A stretch of DNA of 64,000 bases, from sequence record NZ_CP014126.2. One strand, given 5' to 3'. The stretch's first letter is position 1. Each line of letters starts with the position of its first letter. Shown in pieces: positions 27,489 to 36,525 of this stretch. The position numbers were made by a program, and so were the translations under genes. The notes beneath the pieces are model-generated. The model was not told the DNA's origin and did no database searches. It worked only from the letters and a program-made list of their open reading frames with translations. This stretch comes from a plasmid.

Positions 27489-28216
27489 TCCCTGTCAGCC
27501 GTTCACTGGTTCCGCTTTCACCTGCACGCCGTGCAGCGATGCAGGCCATCGCGTTCGTTGAAAACAGGCATGAACGTAACGTGTACTGTGCAGACTATCC
27601 GTATGCACACGCCTTTTTTCGCCTGCTCAGGGGTAGCAGGCGAGTGACGCTGAAAGAAATCCGCTTTTTCCGTCCCTCGATGCTTGAGGCCGAATTCAGG
27701 GGTAACAGACAGTCATGGCTGGCAGCGATTGACCGGATGATTGCCAGTGCCGGTGAGGACTGTCCGCATCCGCTGAGCAGTTATGATGTTCACGATCTGT
27801 TTCCGGGATGGCGATTTCAGGGCACCGAGCGGCAGCGGCGAAAAACGGAGCTGCGCGATGAGAAGTATTCCCGCCAGTATCGCCGTGAGAGGGAGGAGAA
27901 AACGCGCACTCATCAGGCGATAAAAGGACAGGCTGAGATTGACCTGGCATTCCACACGCCAGCCAGTGTCAGCAGCTGGATATCACGCTGGTCTGACTCG
28001 CAGCTGCATCATACCGAGCTGGAGATCATGTTTTATCGGTGGAGTGAGAGATTCCCTTCACTGGAATCTCTGGATCGCTGGGAAATGGCAGGCCAGCCGT
28101 TATGGAGACTGGGGGCTGAGGCCGGGTTCCTGTCAGAGGAATCGACAGGGATGACGCAGGCGCTGGAACGCTGGATGGTACCCAACAAGTTGATGTTCAG
28201 GCCGGTGGCGGTATGA
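27485..28216 (+). CDS. psiA: PsiA
   Basis: Overlaps the psiB stop. LVPLS...EYPYAHAFFRLLRGS is a conserved PsiA block. 243 aa. Confidence 0.8.
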   Translation: MIPVSRSLVPLSPARRAAMQAIAFVENRHERNVYCADYPYAHAFFRLLRGSRRVTLKEIRFFRPSMLEAEFRGNRQSWLAAIDRMIASAGEDCPHPLSSYDVHDLFPGWRFQGTERQRRKTELRDEKYSRQYRREREEKTRTHQAIKGQAEIDLAFHTPASVSSWISRWSDSQLHHTELEIMFYRWSERFPSLESLDRWEMAGQPLWRLGAEAGFLSEESTGMTQALERWMVPNKLMFRPVAV

Positions 28217-28437
28217 GCCGGGGCGATTACAGCACTGAACTTAAAACGGCGCGGAGTCAGCGCCGCAGGCTGGTAACCATGAAGGAAAAACTCTGCGCAA
28301 TGTCGGGTGAGTGGGAGGGACTTTCAGGGGCGCAGGAGACTGAAACAGAGCGTCTGGCAGAGGCCGTTAGTGAGCAGATAAGGCGGCTGGACGATGACAT
28401 TGCCTGGTGGCGGGCCGGTGGAGGCAAAGAGAGCTGA
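28213..28437 (+). CDS. hypothetical small protein downstream of psiA
   Basis: 74-aa ORF overlapping the psiA stop (ATGA). Confidence 0.3.
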   Translation: MSRGDYSTELKTARSQRRRLVTMKEKLCAMSGEWEGLSGAQETETERLAEAVSEQIRRLDDDIAWWRAGGGKES

Positions 28438-28542
28438 TGCTGAATGGTGACGTAATACGCAGACAGCAGCGATATTAAAGCGCTCAGCATGATCCCGGCA
28501 CCGGCAGAGTTTGTGCGGCAGTTTTTCAGACAACCGACTGCC

Positions 28543-29010
28543 GGACATGGCCCCCTTCGGCTCCCCGGCGTTGCCGGGTCGTCAGTCCCACTCCGCTAAC
28601 CGGCAAAGCCGGTAAGCTCCGCCGAACCCCTTCGGGTTTCGGACATAGGGCCTGATGGCTCAGGTCAAAGGCTGCAACCGGCTTTCGCCGGTGCTTCAAC
28701 CGGGCGCGCTGCGCCCTTTAAAGGCGTCACGCCGTTCCGTCGTGACGACTGTGTTCATGCTCATCCCTGTGCTGTCACCCTTTTCCGGCTGGTACGGAGC
28801 GGAGGGCTTTTCGTAGCACAGTCATCCGTTCGCCCACTAGGGGTACGCTTCGCCGTTCCTCGCCCGTTCGCACTCGCCACAAAGACGGCTCGCTTGCGCT
28901 GCGGCCTGCGGTGACGCCCCGTGTTCGCCCGTCTGCCGGTGCTACTTATGCCCTTCGCCGCTCCATACCAACCGAAACAGGGTTTTAGTAACCATCAGAG
29001 GAAAACCAGC
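28543..29010 (+). repeat. leading-region ~0.5 kb repeat, copy A (candidate ssDNA promoter / Frpo-ssi-like element) with the fused 5' end of the downstream gene
   Basis: >95% identical to 31477-31942 and 33466-33937. The identity continues through the first 17 codons (MNTQNVKTAATKTTETW) of the downstream ORF. The sequence is GC-rich with many short inverted repeats. Confidence 0.6.
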
Positions 29011-29418
29011 ATGAACACACAGAACGTCAAAACCGCCGCAACCAAAACCACCGAAACCTGGGCTGAAGGTCAAAACACTAATTACTACCTGGGAGATCGT
29101 TTTACCAGCGCAGAGGGGTACGCCGAAGAAGTGCGGAATTACTGGCTGAATCGTGAGGCGGCGGCGGTAAAAGCGCCTGCGGAGATCGACGTACACCGCT
29201 TTCACGATGCGCTGGGGACACTCTATCCGCTGAACTGGGCATCCAGTGATAGCGGGAACTGTGAAACGTTCATGTTCGCAGAAATGTATTGCGGTGAGGT
29301 AACGGACATCTACGCCCGTATCGGGGTGCGTTACTTCCGGCTGCGTAATTATAACCACATGACCCACGCTCAAATCCTAACGAGCGTTAAGGAGGCATTT
29401 GAACTGAACCAGAAATGA
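29011..29418 (+). CDS. leading-region hypothetical protein, paralogue A (shared N-terminus MNTQNVKTAATKTTETW)
   Basis: ATG at 29011 is preceded by AGAGGA. The N-terminal 17 aa are identical to the ORFs at 31943 and 33938, then the sequences diverge. Confidence 0.55.
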   Translation: MNTQNVKTAATKTTETWAEGQNTNYYLGDRFTSAEGYAEEVRNYWLNREAAAVKAPAEIDVHRFHDALGTLYPLNWASSDSGNCETFMFAEMYCGEVTDIYARIGVRYFRLRNYNHMTHAQILTSVKEAFELNQK

Positions 29419-29507
29419 AAAAAGCAGGCATAAGCCTGCTCATTCACCGCCGGAACCACGCGACCAACGAACGTTCCGGCGCTGTCAAACTTAACGGAGA
29501 TAAACCC

Positions 29508-29654
29508 ATGCAATTCGACCCGCAAATCGTGTCACACGCACAGGCATTTGTAAATGCCCTTCGCAAAGGGAAGCGCGCGCGCGTCCCGGCTATTCGCCTG
29601 GAGCACTGGCAGCAGTTTATGACGCTGGTTTATGCCGGACTCGGCCTCGCGTGA
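29508..29654 (+). CDS. small protein, paralogue of 34431-34568 (MxFDxQIV...)
   Basis: GGAGA RBS then ATG; 48 aa. The paralogue sits in the equivalent position after copy C. Confidence 0.35.
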   Translation: MQFDPQIVSHAQAFVNALRKGKRARVPAIRLEHWQQFMTLVYAGLGLA

Positions 29655-29702
29655 TGTGAAAAAGCCGCCCCTGATCGGGGCGGCTGTAAAAGGAATCGAT
29701 TC

Positions 29703-30521
29703 ATGTCACAGATAAGTTTTGCGGAATTTTTTGACCAGGTACAGGACGCGGCACCGGTTGTTCAGCATCCTTTACCTGCGCTGCCGGTAAAACTGCCTGC
29801 GGTTTCCCCACCCGTGTTAAGCCTTGCAGCGGCGAGAAGACAGTTTATCAGCGTCTTCCATGAGACAGCGTATAACCTGCGCCGCTGGGAGGTGTTCAGC
29901 GATTTCATTATCCTGGCGGCCAGTGAACTGGATATCGCCCGGATCAGAACGCCGGAAAGCATTGAACGCTGCCGGAAAATCAGCGAACGCTACAGCGCCG
30001 CCGACATGCGCAATATGCACGAACTGTTCGCGCTGATGGTATGTGCGCTTCAGGCTCAGTTTCATGATTTTCTGGGCGCTGTTTTTATGGAGCTGGAGCT
30101 GGGCGACGATCGCCAGGGGCAATATTTTACGCCTTACAATGTCCAGTCAATGATGGCACGCCTGCTGATGCCCGGCGTGATTGATACCATCCGGCGGGAA
30201 GGGATGTTTACCTTGTCAGAGCCGACCTGCGGAGCCGGGGGAATGGTTATCGCTTACGCAGAGTGCCTGATTGAAGCTGGGCTTAACCCTTCCGTTCAGA
30301 TGTTCGTCAGTTGTATCGATATTGATCCTGTCGCGGCGGATATGGCGTTTATACAGCTTTCCCTGCTGGGCATTGCCGCTGAGGTTGTCACCGGTAATAC
30401 ACTGACGCTGGAGTTTAACCGGGTACGCTATACACCGGCTTACTATCTCAACGATTTCGAAGAACGCCTTGAAAGTCAGCGCCGGATCAAGGCTATGCTG
30501 GCTTTTATCAGGGCAATGTAG
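29703..30521 (+). CDS. N6-adenine-methylase-like protein with a degenerate catalytic motif (likely non-catalytic)
   Basis: GQYFTP (motif X) and EPTCGAGGM (motif I, AdoMet loop) are present. Where gamma-class enzymes carry (N/D)PP(F/Y), the sequence is VVTGNTLTLEF. No target-recognition domain. Confidence 0.5.
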   Translation: MSQISFAEFFDQVQDAAPVVQHPLPALPVKLPAVSPPVLSLAAARRQFISVFHETAYNLRRWEVFSDFIILAASELDIARIRTPESIERCRKISERYSAADMRNMHELFALMVCALQAQFHDFLGAVFMELELGDDRQGQYFTPYNVQSMMARLLMPGVIDTIRREGMFTLSEPTCGAGGMVIAYAECLIEAGLNPSVQMFVSCIDIDPVAADMAFIQLSLLGIAAEVVTGNTLTLEFNRVRYTPAYYLNDFEERLESQRRIKAMLAFIRAM

Positions 30522-30636
30522 GCCCGGACAAAACAGCAGGGAACAGAAAGGCAGGGAAGCCGCAATTACGGGTTTGTATGGGGTGCATGAGTCATGCAGA
30601 AATTGCACAATATACGGAATTTCGTATAATGAGGAG

Positions 30637-30972
30637 ATGATGCGTAAGAAAATCAGTTTTATTGACAGCAGTCTTGAGGATTTACGAGCTTTCCCGGAAG
30701 AGGCCCGCACCGCGTCAGGGTATCAGCTTGACCTGGTGCAGCAGGGACTGGAACCGGACGACTGGAAGCCATTTGCTTCAGTCGGTCAGGGAGCACGTGA
30801 AATACGCATCCGGGGTAATGACGGCATTTTCCGGGTCATGTATGTCGCCAAATTTGAAGAGGCCGTGTATGTGCTGCACTGCTTCCAGAAAAAGACACAG
30901 AAGACCAGCCAGAGTGACGTGGAACTTGCCCGGAATCGTTATCGCAGACTGGCAGAGGAGCGTAAAAAATGA
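30637..30972 (+). CDS. HigB/RelE-superfamily toxin-like protein (toxin-first operon)
   Basis: ~110 aa. FIDSSLEDLRAFPEEAR...IRIRGNDGIFRVMYV...VYVLHCFQKKTQKT is typical of HigB-2/Gp49-like toxins. It overlaps a downstream HTH gene. Confidence 0.55.
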   Translation: MMRKKISFIDSSLEDLRAFPEEARTASGYQLDLVQQGLEPDDWKPFASVGQGAREIRIRGNDGIFRVMYVAKFEEAVYVLHCFQKKTQKTSQSDVELARNRYRRLAEERKK

Positions 30973-31259
30973 ATATTCAGACTTTTGATAATGTGTGGGA
31001 CGCGATCAGCGAAACGCCAGAGCAGGCGGAAAATATGAAACTTCGCGCCGAGTTAGTGAGCCGCCTGAATAGCTGGATTAAACGTAATGGCCTGAATCAG
31101 GCCACTGCCGCCGCTGCGCTGGGCGTTTCACAGCCAAGAGTGTCAGAGCTGGCAGGAGGCAAAATTAACTGCTTCTCGATTGATAAGCTGGTCAGCATGA
31201 TGGCGCATGCCGGACTGCACATAACCAGTATTGAGATAAGCGAACCAGAGGCAGCTTGA
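30969..31259 (+). CDS. HTH XRE-family antitoxin-like protein (HigA-like)
   Basis: NGLNQATAAAALGVSQPRVSELAGGKINCFSIDKLVSMMAHAG is an HTH_XRE pattern. Start overlaps the upstream stop (AAATGA). Confidence 0.6.
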   Translation: MNIQTFDNVWDAISETPEQAENMKLRAELVSRLNSWIKRNGLNQATAAAALGVSQPRVSELAGGKINCFSIDKLVSMMAHAGLHITSIEISEPEAA

Positions 31260-31417
31260 GCTGCCTTTTTGCCCCGCGCAAACTGCCAGGGCGGTAGCCC
31301 CTGCGGGGCAGGATAAACCCGGTGCTGACGCACCGGCTATACCCTTTCACCTGACCGTCTTCATCCCTTCCCATCTGATGCTGATAGCTTGCCGTTTCTG
31401 ATAACCGGGCTGATTCT

Positions 31418-31474
31418 GCCACTGCCACTGCCACTGCCACTGCCACTGCCACTGCCACTGCCACTGCCACTGCC
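31418..31474. repeat. hexanucleotide microsatellite (GCCACT)x9.5
   Basis: Perfect tandem array read directly from the sequence. It replaces the spacer present upstream of repeat copies C and D. Confidence 0.9.
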
Positions 31475-31476
31475 GG

Positions 31477-31942
31477 GACATGGCCACCTTCGGCTCCCCG
31501 GCGTTGCCGGGTCGTCAGTCCCACTCCGCTAAGCGGCAAGCCGCTAAGCTCCGCCGAACCCCTCCGGGTTTCGGACATAGGGCCTGATGGCTGAGGTCAA
31601 AGGCTGCAACCGGCTATCGCCGGTGCTTCAACCGGGCGCGCTGCGCCCTTTAAAGGCGTCACGCCGTTCCGTCGTGACGACTGTGTTCATGCTCATCCCT
31701 GTGCTGTCACCCTTTTCCGGCTGGTACGGAGCGGAGGGCTTTTCGTAGCACAGTCATCCGTTCGCCCACTAGGGGTACGCTTCGCCGTTCCTCGCCCGTT
31801 CGCACTCGCCACAAAGACGGCTCGCTTGCGCTGCGGCCTGCGGTGACGCCCCGTGTTCGCCCGTCTGCCGGTGCTACTTCTGCCCTTCGCCGCTCCATAC
31901 CAACCGAAACAGGGTTTTAGTAACCATCAGAGGAGAACCAGC
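31477..31942 (+). repeat. leading-region ~0.5 kb repeat, copy B
   Basis: See copy A. Confidence 0.6.
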
Positions 31943-32875
31943 ATGAACACACAGAACGTCAAAACCGCCGCAACCAAAACCACCGAAACCTGGGTAAAAC
32001 AAAACTTCGACGTGCATCTGTCGATGCGCACAAATCGCCGGGTTAGTCTGGCGAAGCTGGAAGGCGATCTGATGAAGCACCGTGCCATGCAGAAACTGGG
32101 CGTTGATACTGAAGAGCTTTTCGATGACCTGCAGCTGGCAGTTGCGTGCATAACCACAATGATTGACAGGGGTGACATCGTCACACCGTCCGGATATGAG
32201 CTGGCGTCATCCGTGCGGTCTCTGGCTATCGAACTGTATCCTGAAGCGTGGGAGGCCGTGGATGGTCCTGATCTGCCGGAACTGGCATGGCTGCAGGCCG
32301 ATGCTCCCGGATGTCGTGAGGCTGAGCGTCAGTTATATATTGAGAATGCCCGTCCTTTTGGCGTCACCGTATACGGCTGCATGGAGTTCCATGAGGATGA
32401 TCGAAATCTTGGCACGTACTGGCAGGATGGGGCAGTTTGCCTGGGCCGTGCTGATTCCATCACGGAGGCAATGGAGTTGCTGGTTCAGGCTGATCTGAAC
32501 AATGACTGGCAACTGTGCGACTACGATGCACTAAGCTTTCAGCCGAAGGTCGTCACGATCACCGACCTTGCACATCGAGTTGTGCTGCGCGGCAATGCCA
32601 GTAAGCTGGAATGGACTGTACCTGAAACCGATCCGGCGGAACTTGAACGGATCGCTGAACAGAAAGCGGCACTGCTGAGCCAGGCTGCATTCGAGTCAGG
32701 CTGGGATAACTTTGAGACTGCCCGCATATTACGTAGCGAGGCTAACTTGTTGGAACTGGGCACCGTTCACGCCGTATGGCTGAACGATCCGAAAGTGGCA
32801 AAAGCCTTAAGAGAATACCGGCATCCGTCAAAACGCCTTGATGAAACAGAACTCATGGAAAATCTGGAGTTTTAG
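31943..32875 (+). CDS. leading-region hypothetical protein, paralogue B (310 aa; shared 17-aa N-terminus)
   Basis: ATG at 31943. Diverges after MNTQNVKTAATKTTETW. Acidic. Confidence 0.55.
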   Translation: MNTQNVKTAATKTTETWVKQNFDVHLSMRTNRRVSLAKLEGDLMKHRAMQKLGVDTEELFDDLQLAVACITTMIDRGDIVTPSGYELASSVRSLAIELYPEAWEAVDGPDLPELAWLQADAPGCREAERQLYIENARPFGVTVYGCMEFHEDDRNLGTYWQDGAVCLGRADSITEAMELLVQADLNNDWQLCDYDALSFQPKVVTITDLAHRVVLRGNASKLEWTVPETDPAELERIAEQKAALLSQAAFESGWDNFETARILRSEANLLELGTVHAVWLNDPKVAKALREYRHPSKRLDETELMENLEF

Positions 32876-32945
32876 ACCGTTGCATGACTCGTGCTGCCTG
32901 GAATGCACTGAGCACCAGGTGGCGCGAAGGTAACAGGAGCTACCC

Positions 32946-33266
32946 ATGGTAAATAACACTGCACCCGATGTAAGACTGCCTGCGGCATTTTCGCAGCCTG
33001 AATCATTGAAAATCGCTGACATCGGTTGTCTGGCCAGTCTCATCCAGCAGCAGGATAGCTACGATGGTGCAGCCATCGAATCTGCCGCAGCGGCCGTTAA
33101 CATGTTCGCCAGCTGCACGGGACTGGACAGTGAAAATGACCTGGCTGCAACAGCGATTACCGATTTGCTCACAAACCTCATGCACCTATGTGAAGTGATT
33201 GATCTGCCGTTCTGTGAGTTTCTGAGTCGCGCCGGTGAACATTTCGAAAATGAAACCGGCAGCTGA
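32946..33266 (+). CDS. hypothetical acidic small protein
   Basis: 106-aa ORF preceded by GGAG. Confidence 0.3.
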   Translation: MVNNTAPDVRLPAAFSQPESLKIADIGCLASLIQQQDSYDGAAIESAAAAVNMFASCTGLDSENDLAATAITDLLTNLMHLCEVIDLPFCEFLSRAGEHFENETGS

Positions 33267-33295
33267 ATCCGTGCCGTGCAGGGCACAAAGCCTGC

Positions 33296-33465
33296 AGGCC
33301 TTTCAGGCCAGGCAAAACCCGGTGCTGACGCACCGGCTCTCCCCCTCCGCGTTCTCTGTAGTCTGCCAGTGATGCCGGGTGTTTCACTGCTGTCCGGATG
33401 GTGTCGCCGGTTATGCAGGCTCAGATGCAATTGCTGCCTTTACTGACTAAACATCAACTTCAGGG
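33296..33465. repeat. second leading-region repeat family (~170 bp), copy 1; contains a perfect hairpin CCGGTGC-TGAC-GCACCGG
   Basis: Near-identical to 35205-35380. A partial copy at 31311-31345 shares aacccggtgctgacgcaccggct. Confidence 0.6.
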
Positions 33466-33937
33466 GCCGGGACATGGCCACCTTCGGCTCCCCGGCGTTG
33501 CCGGGTCGTCAGTCCCACTCCGCTAACCGGCAAAGCCGGTAAGCTCCGCCGAACCCCTCCGGGTTTCGGACATAGGGCCTGATGGCTGAGGTCAAAGGCT
33601 GCAACCGGCTATCGCCGGTGCTTCAACCGGGCGCGCTGCGCCCTTTAAGGGCGTCACGCCGTTCCGTCGTGACGACTGTGTTCATGCTCATCCCTGTGCT
33701 GTCACCCTTTTCCGGCTGGTACGGAGCGGAGGGCTTTTCGTAGCACAGTCATCCGTTCGCCCACTAGGGGTACGCTTCGCCGTTCCTCGCCCGTTCGCAC
33801 TCGCCACAAAGACGGCTCGCTTGCGCTGCGGCCTGCGGTGACGCCCCGTGTTCGCCCGTCTGCCGGTGCTACTTCTGCCCTTCGCCGCTCCATACCAACC
33901 GAAACAGGGTTTTAGTAACCATCAGAGGAGAACCAGC
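33466..33937 (+). repeat. leading-region ~0.5 kb repeat, copy C
   Basis: See copy A. Confidence 0.6.
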
Positions 33938-34327
33938 ATGAACACACAGAACGTCAAAACCGCCGCAACCAAAACCACCGAAACCTGGGCTGAAGGGCAA
34001 AACATCAACGGCTTGGATCCGGCACTGGCTCAGAGCCTGGATTATCTCAGGTTATTGAAGTCGGAGAGCATGACCGAGGAAGAACGTTTTGAACTTCTCA
34101 CAGGCACTCTGATGAATATGGCTGAAGAGGTTTGCAAGACGGTTACTGACTGGTCGCGCCCGCGCCCGATGATCCCGCTGGCATCATTTAAAGCGTGGAT
34201 TGCAGCGGCACACATTGCGCACGGCTATCCAGACGGAATAGGCGATGCAGCATGGGGATACGCAAGCAGTGAACTGGCTTTGATTCTCAAAGCCGGATAC
34301 GCCATGCATAAAGCGGATATTGCCTGA
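33938..34327 (+). CDS. leading-region hypothetical protein, paralogue C (shared 17-aa N-terminus)
   Basis: ATG at 33938; same fused N-terminus as the other two paralogues. Confidence 0.55.
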   Translation: MNTQNVKTAATKTTETWAEGQNINGLDPALAQSLDYLRLLKSESMTEEERFELLTGTLMNMAEEVCKTVTDWSRPRPMIPLASFKAWIAAAHIAHGYPDGIGDAAWGYASSELALILKAGYAMHKADIA

Positions 34328-34430
34328 TGAGAGAAGTGCAGATGTAAAAAAAGCAGAGTTTCCTCTGCTTTCTTCACCGCCGGTATTTACGAGATACCGG
34401 CAACATCAAAACCAGAATCTGGAGAGATAT

Positions 34431-34568
34431 ATGATTTTTGACATGCAAATCGTCGCACATGCCATCGCGGTTGTAAACGCAATGCGCAGCGGCCAGCTGG
34501 CACATTTAGCGGCAATGGTGTTTTCACAGTGGATGCAGGTAGCGCGTAAGGTGGAGAAGCAGCCATGA
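34431..34568 (+). CDS. small protein, paralogue of 29508-29654
   Basis: GGAGAG RBS. MIFDMQIVAHAIAVVNAMRSGQ vs MQFDPQIVSHAQAFVNALRKGK. Confidence 0.35.
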   Translation: MIFDMQIVAHAIAVVNAMRSGQLAHLAAMVFSQWMQVARKVEKQP

Positions 34569-35134
34569 GCCAGATTATTAAGCATCCACATTCCACAGCA
34601 TTCACCAGCCTGATTCAGCAGGACGATATCACCAGAGTGATGGGCAAATACTGCCTTATTCGCCTGGATAATGGTGCAGAGTCCTTCTGGCACAATGGCC
34701 ATTATGTCTGCGAGGCAAACGGTGCATACGGTGAAACGGGTGTGTCAGACATTGCCAGGCTGACCGCACGGGCGGGTGGTCATTCGTTACGGTGCATCGA
34801 GCTGCCGGTGCCTGATGGAGAGTGGTGCTGGGGTGATATAGCGGAAACACTGGCTCGCAGTGCCCTGAGTGAAACGGTACGGGCCTCCTGCATCGTGACG
34901 GGCTGCATAACAGCGCAGGGCAGGGGGGTTCACTTCTGCAATCATCCGCTGCTGAGCGGCGACAACTCGAATCTGTGGTTTCCAATTGGCAACAATGAAG
35001 ACTGGTTTGCGGCTGTGGAACGGATTCTGATCATGAACGGTTTAGCCGAAAATCTCACCAGTCTTTCACCGCTTCGTGACGGACCAGATTACATGGACTG
35101 GAAAGCGACCTATAACAGGAAGGTCATAATCTAG
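34565..35134 (+). CDS. hypothetical protein (Cys/His-containing, 189 aa)
   Basis: ORF overlapping the upstream stop; no recognisable family. Confidence 0.4.
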   Translation: MSQIIKHPHSTAFTSLIQQDDITRVMGKYCLIRLDNGAESFWHNGHYVCEANGAYGETGVSDIARLTARAGGHSLRCIELPVPDGEWCWGDIAETLARSALSETVRASCIVTGCITAQGRGVHFCNHPLLSGDNSNLWFPIGNNEDWFAAVERILIMNGLAENLTSLSPLRDGPDYMDWKATYNRKVII

Positions 35135-35204
35135 GGAGCTAAGGCCGGTTTACACCGGCCATTCTGTCCATGAGCGGGGTGCTGAACCGCGAAAAAAACC
35201 AGCA

Positions 35205-35380
35205 GGCCTTACAGGCCAGGCAAAACCCGGTGCTGACGCACCGGCTCTCCCCCTCCGCGTTCTCTGTAGTCTGCCAGTGATGCCGGGTGTTTCACTGCTG
35301 TCCGGATGGTGTCGCCGGTTATGCAGGCTCAGATGCAATTGCTGCCTTTACTGACTAAACATCAACTTCAGGGGCCGGGA
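35205..35380. repeat. second leading-region repeat family, copy 2
   Basis: See 33296-33465. Confidence 0.6.
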
Positions 35381-35520
35381 CATGGCCACCTTCGGCTCCC
35401 CGGCGTTGCCGGGTCGTCAGTCCCACTCCGCTAACCGGCAAAGCCGGTAAGCTCCGCCGAACCCCTTCGGGTTTCGGACATAGGGCCTGATGGCTGAGGT
35501 CAAGGGCTGCAACCGGCTGT
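35381..35520 (+). repeat. 5' ~140 bp of the 0.5 kb leading-region repeat (copy D, diverges afterwards)
   Basis: Identical to the first ~140 bp of copies A-C, then unrelated GC-rich sequence up to the next gene. Confidence 0.5.
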
Positions 35521-35825
35521 CGCCGGTGCGTTCACTGGCCCCGAAATCGGGGCCGCTGAGGACCGGACCGGCAAAGGGCCGCCGTCCGGTGCTGTGTCCT
35601 GTTCATCTCCCGCGTTCTGTTTCGTTTCCTGAATTCCTCGCCGTGCAGAAATTTGGCACACGGGCGCCTTCGCACAAGGGACGCAAGCTAAACGGCTGCA
35701 CCCGGTCCCTTCGGGCTGCGGCTTTGCCGTTTCCCTCTGCGCTCAGCCTGATCCCCGTGCGCCCGTTCTGCCCTCACGGCGAGGAACTCAGAGAAACATC
35801 GAATAAACCACACGGGAGACACAAC

Positions 35826-36404
35826 ATGTCAAAGCTGAACGTCAACACCCCGGCTTCAGAATCTAAAGAATCATCTTTTTTAACGGCAAAACCATCAGAA
35901 GAAATCAGCTACGAAGCTATCCGTCGTGCATTACGTCGCAGTCTATTTTTCAAGGATCATCCGCAGTTCAATGTGAACACCGCGGCGCTGCGTAGCGATT
36001 TTGCTATGAATCTGGAGTATCTGACGGCGGCAACCTTTACGCGCGAAGAGGCAGATTTTAATACGGGAAAATTCCGCTCAGGAATCGAGATGCTGCTGAT
36101 TAACGCGCATGAAAAACTGCAGATCACGGTTTTTGTTTATGCTCCAGCGGCAGGCTCTGCACCGGAAATCTATGAAACCCGGATCGTGCATTCAGCTAAT
36201 CCGATTGGTGAAGAAGAATATGCGGAAAATACCGAATACCAGACTACTAACGTTTACAAAGCCACAGGTGAGCTGAATGTTGCGGCGCTTGATCTGTTCT
36301 GGTCTGAGCATGAAGGGCTGATTAAATATGCGAAGCAAAACCTGCCCCGGACTAACGAATACAGCCCATTCTGCCACTGGCAATTTTCGCACCTGAGAGG
36401 ATGA
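35826..36404 (+). CDS. hypothetical leading-region protein (192 aa)
   Basis: ATG at 35826 after GGGAGA. The upstream part of track ORF 35490-36404 lies in the repeat and is unlikely to be coding. Confidence 0.45.
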   Translation: MSKLNVNTPASESKESSFLTAKPSEEISYEAIRRALRRSLFFKDHPQFNVNTAALRSDFAMNLEYLTAATFTREEADFNTGKFRSGIEMLLINAHEKLQITVFVYAPAAGSAPEIYETRIVHSANPIGEEEYAENTEYQTTNVYKATGELNVAALDLFWSEHEGLIKYAKQNLPRTNEYSPFCHWQFSHLRG

Positions 36405-36525
36405 AAAAACACTCCCCTGCAGCGTTCTGCAGGGAAATGAGATATCTGATATTCAGCAAATCGCTGGCCACTAGATAAGTTTTTTATTTGACAGCTGACA
36501 CTATTTCTTTATGAGGTTATTAATT

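Noticed and set aside
31291-31304. ops-like sequence GGCGGTAGCCCCTG that could be a target for the RfaH paralogue
   Set aside because: Two extra nucleotides relative to GGCGGTAGnnTG, located in the leading region 11 kb from the tra promoter, and not in an operon leader.
31192-31578. Minus-strand ORF encoding (VA)n
   Set aside because: It is the translation artefact of the (GCCACT)n microsatellite.
31707-35338. Identical minus-strand ORFs 31707-31898 and 33702-33893 (MERRRAEVAPADGRT...) and 33059-33430 / 35150-35338 (MHLSLHNRRHHPDSSETPG...)
   Set aside because: They lie wholly inside the leading-region repeats, so the identity reflects the DNA repeat and not selection on a protein. Arg/Gly-rich and on the strand opposite to all leading-region genes.
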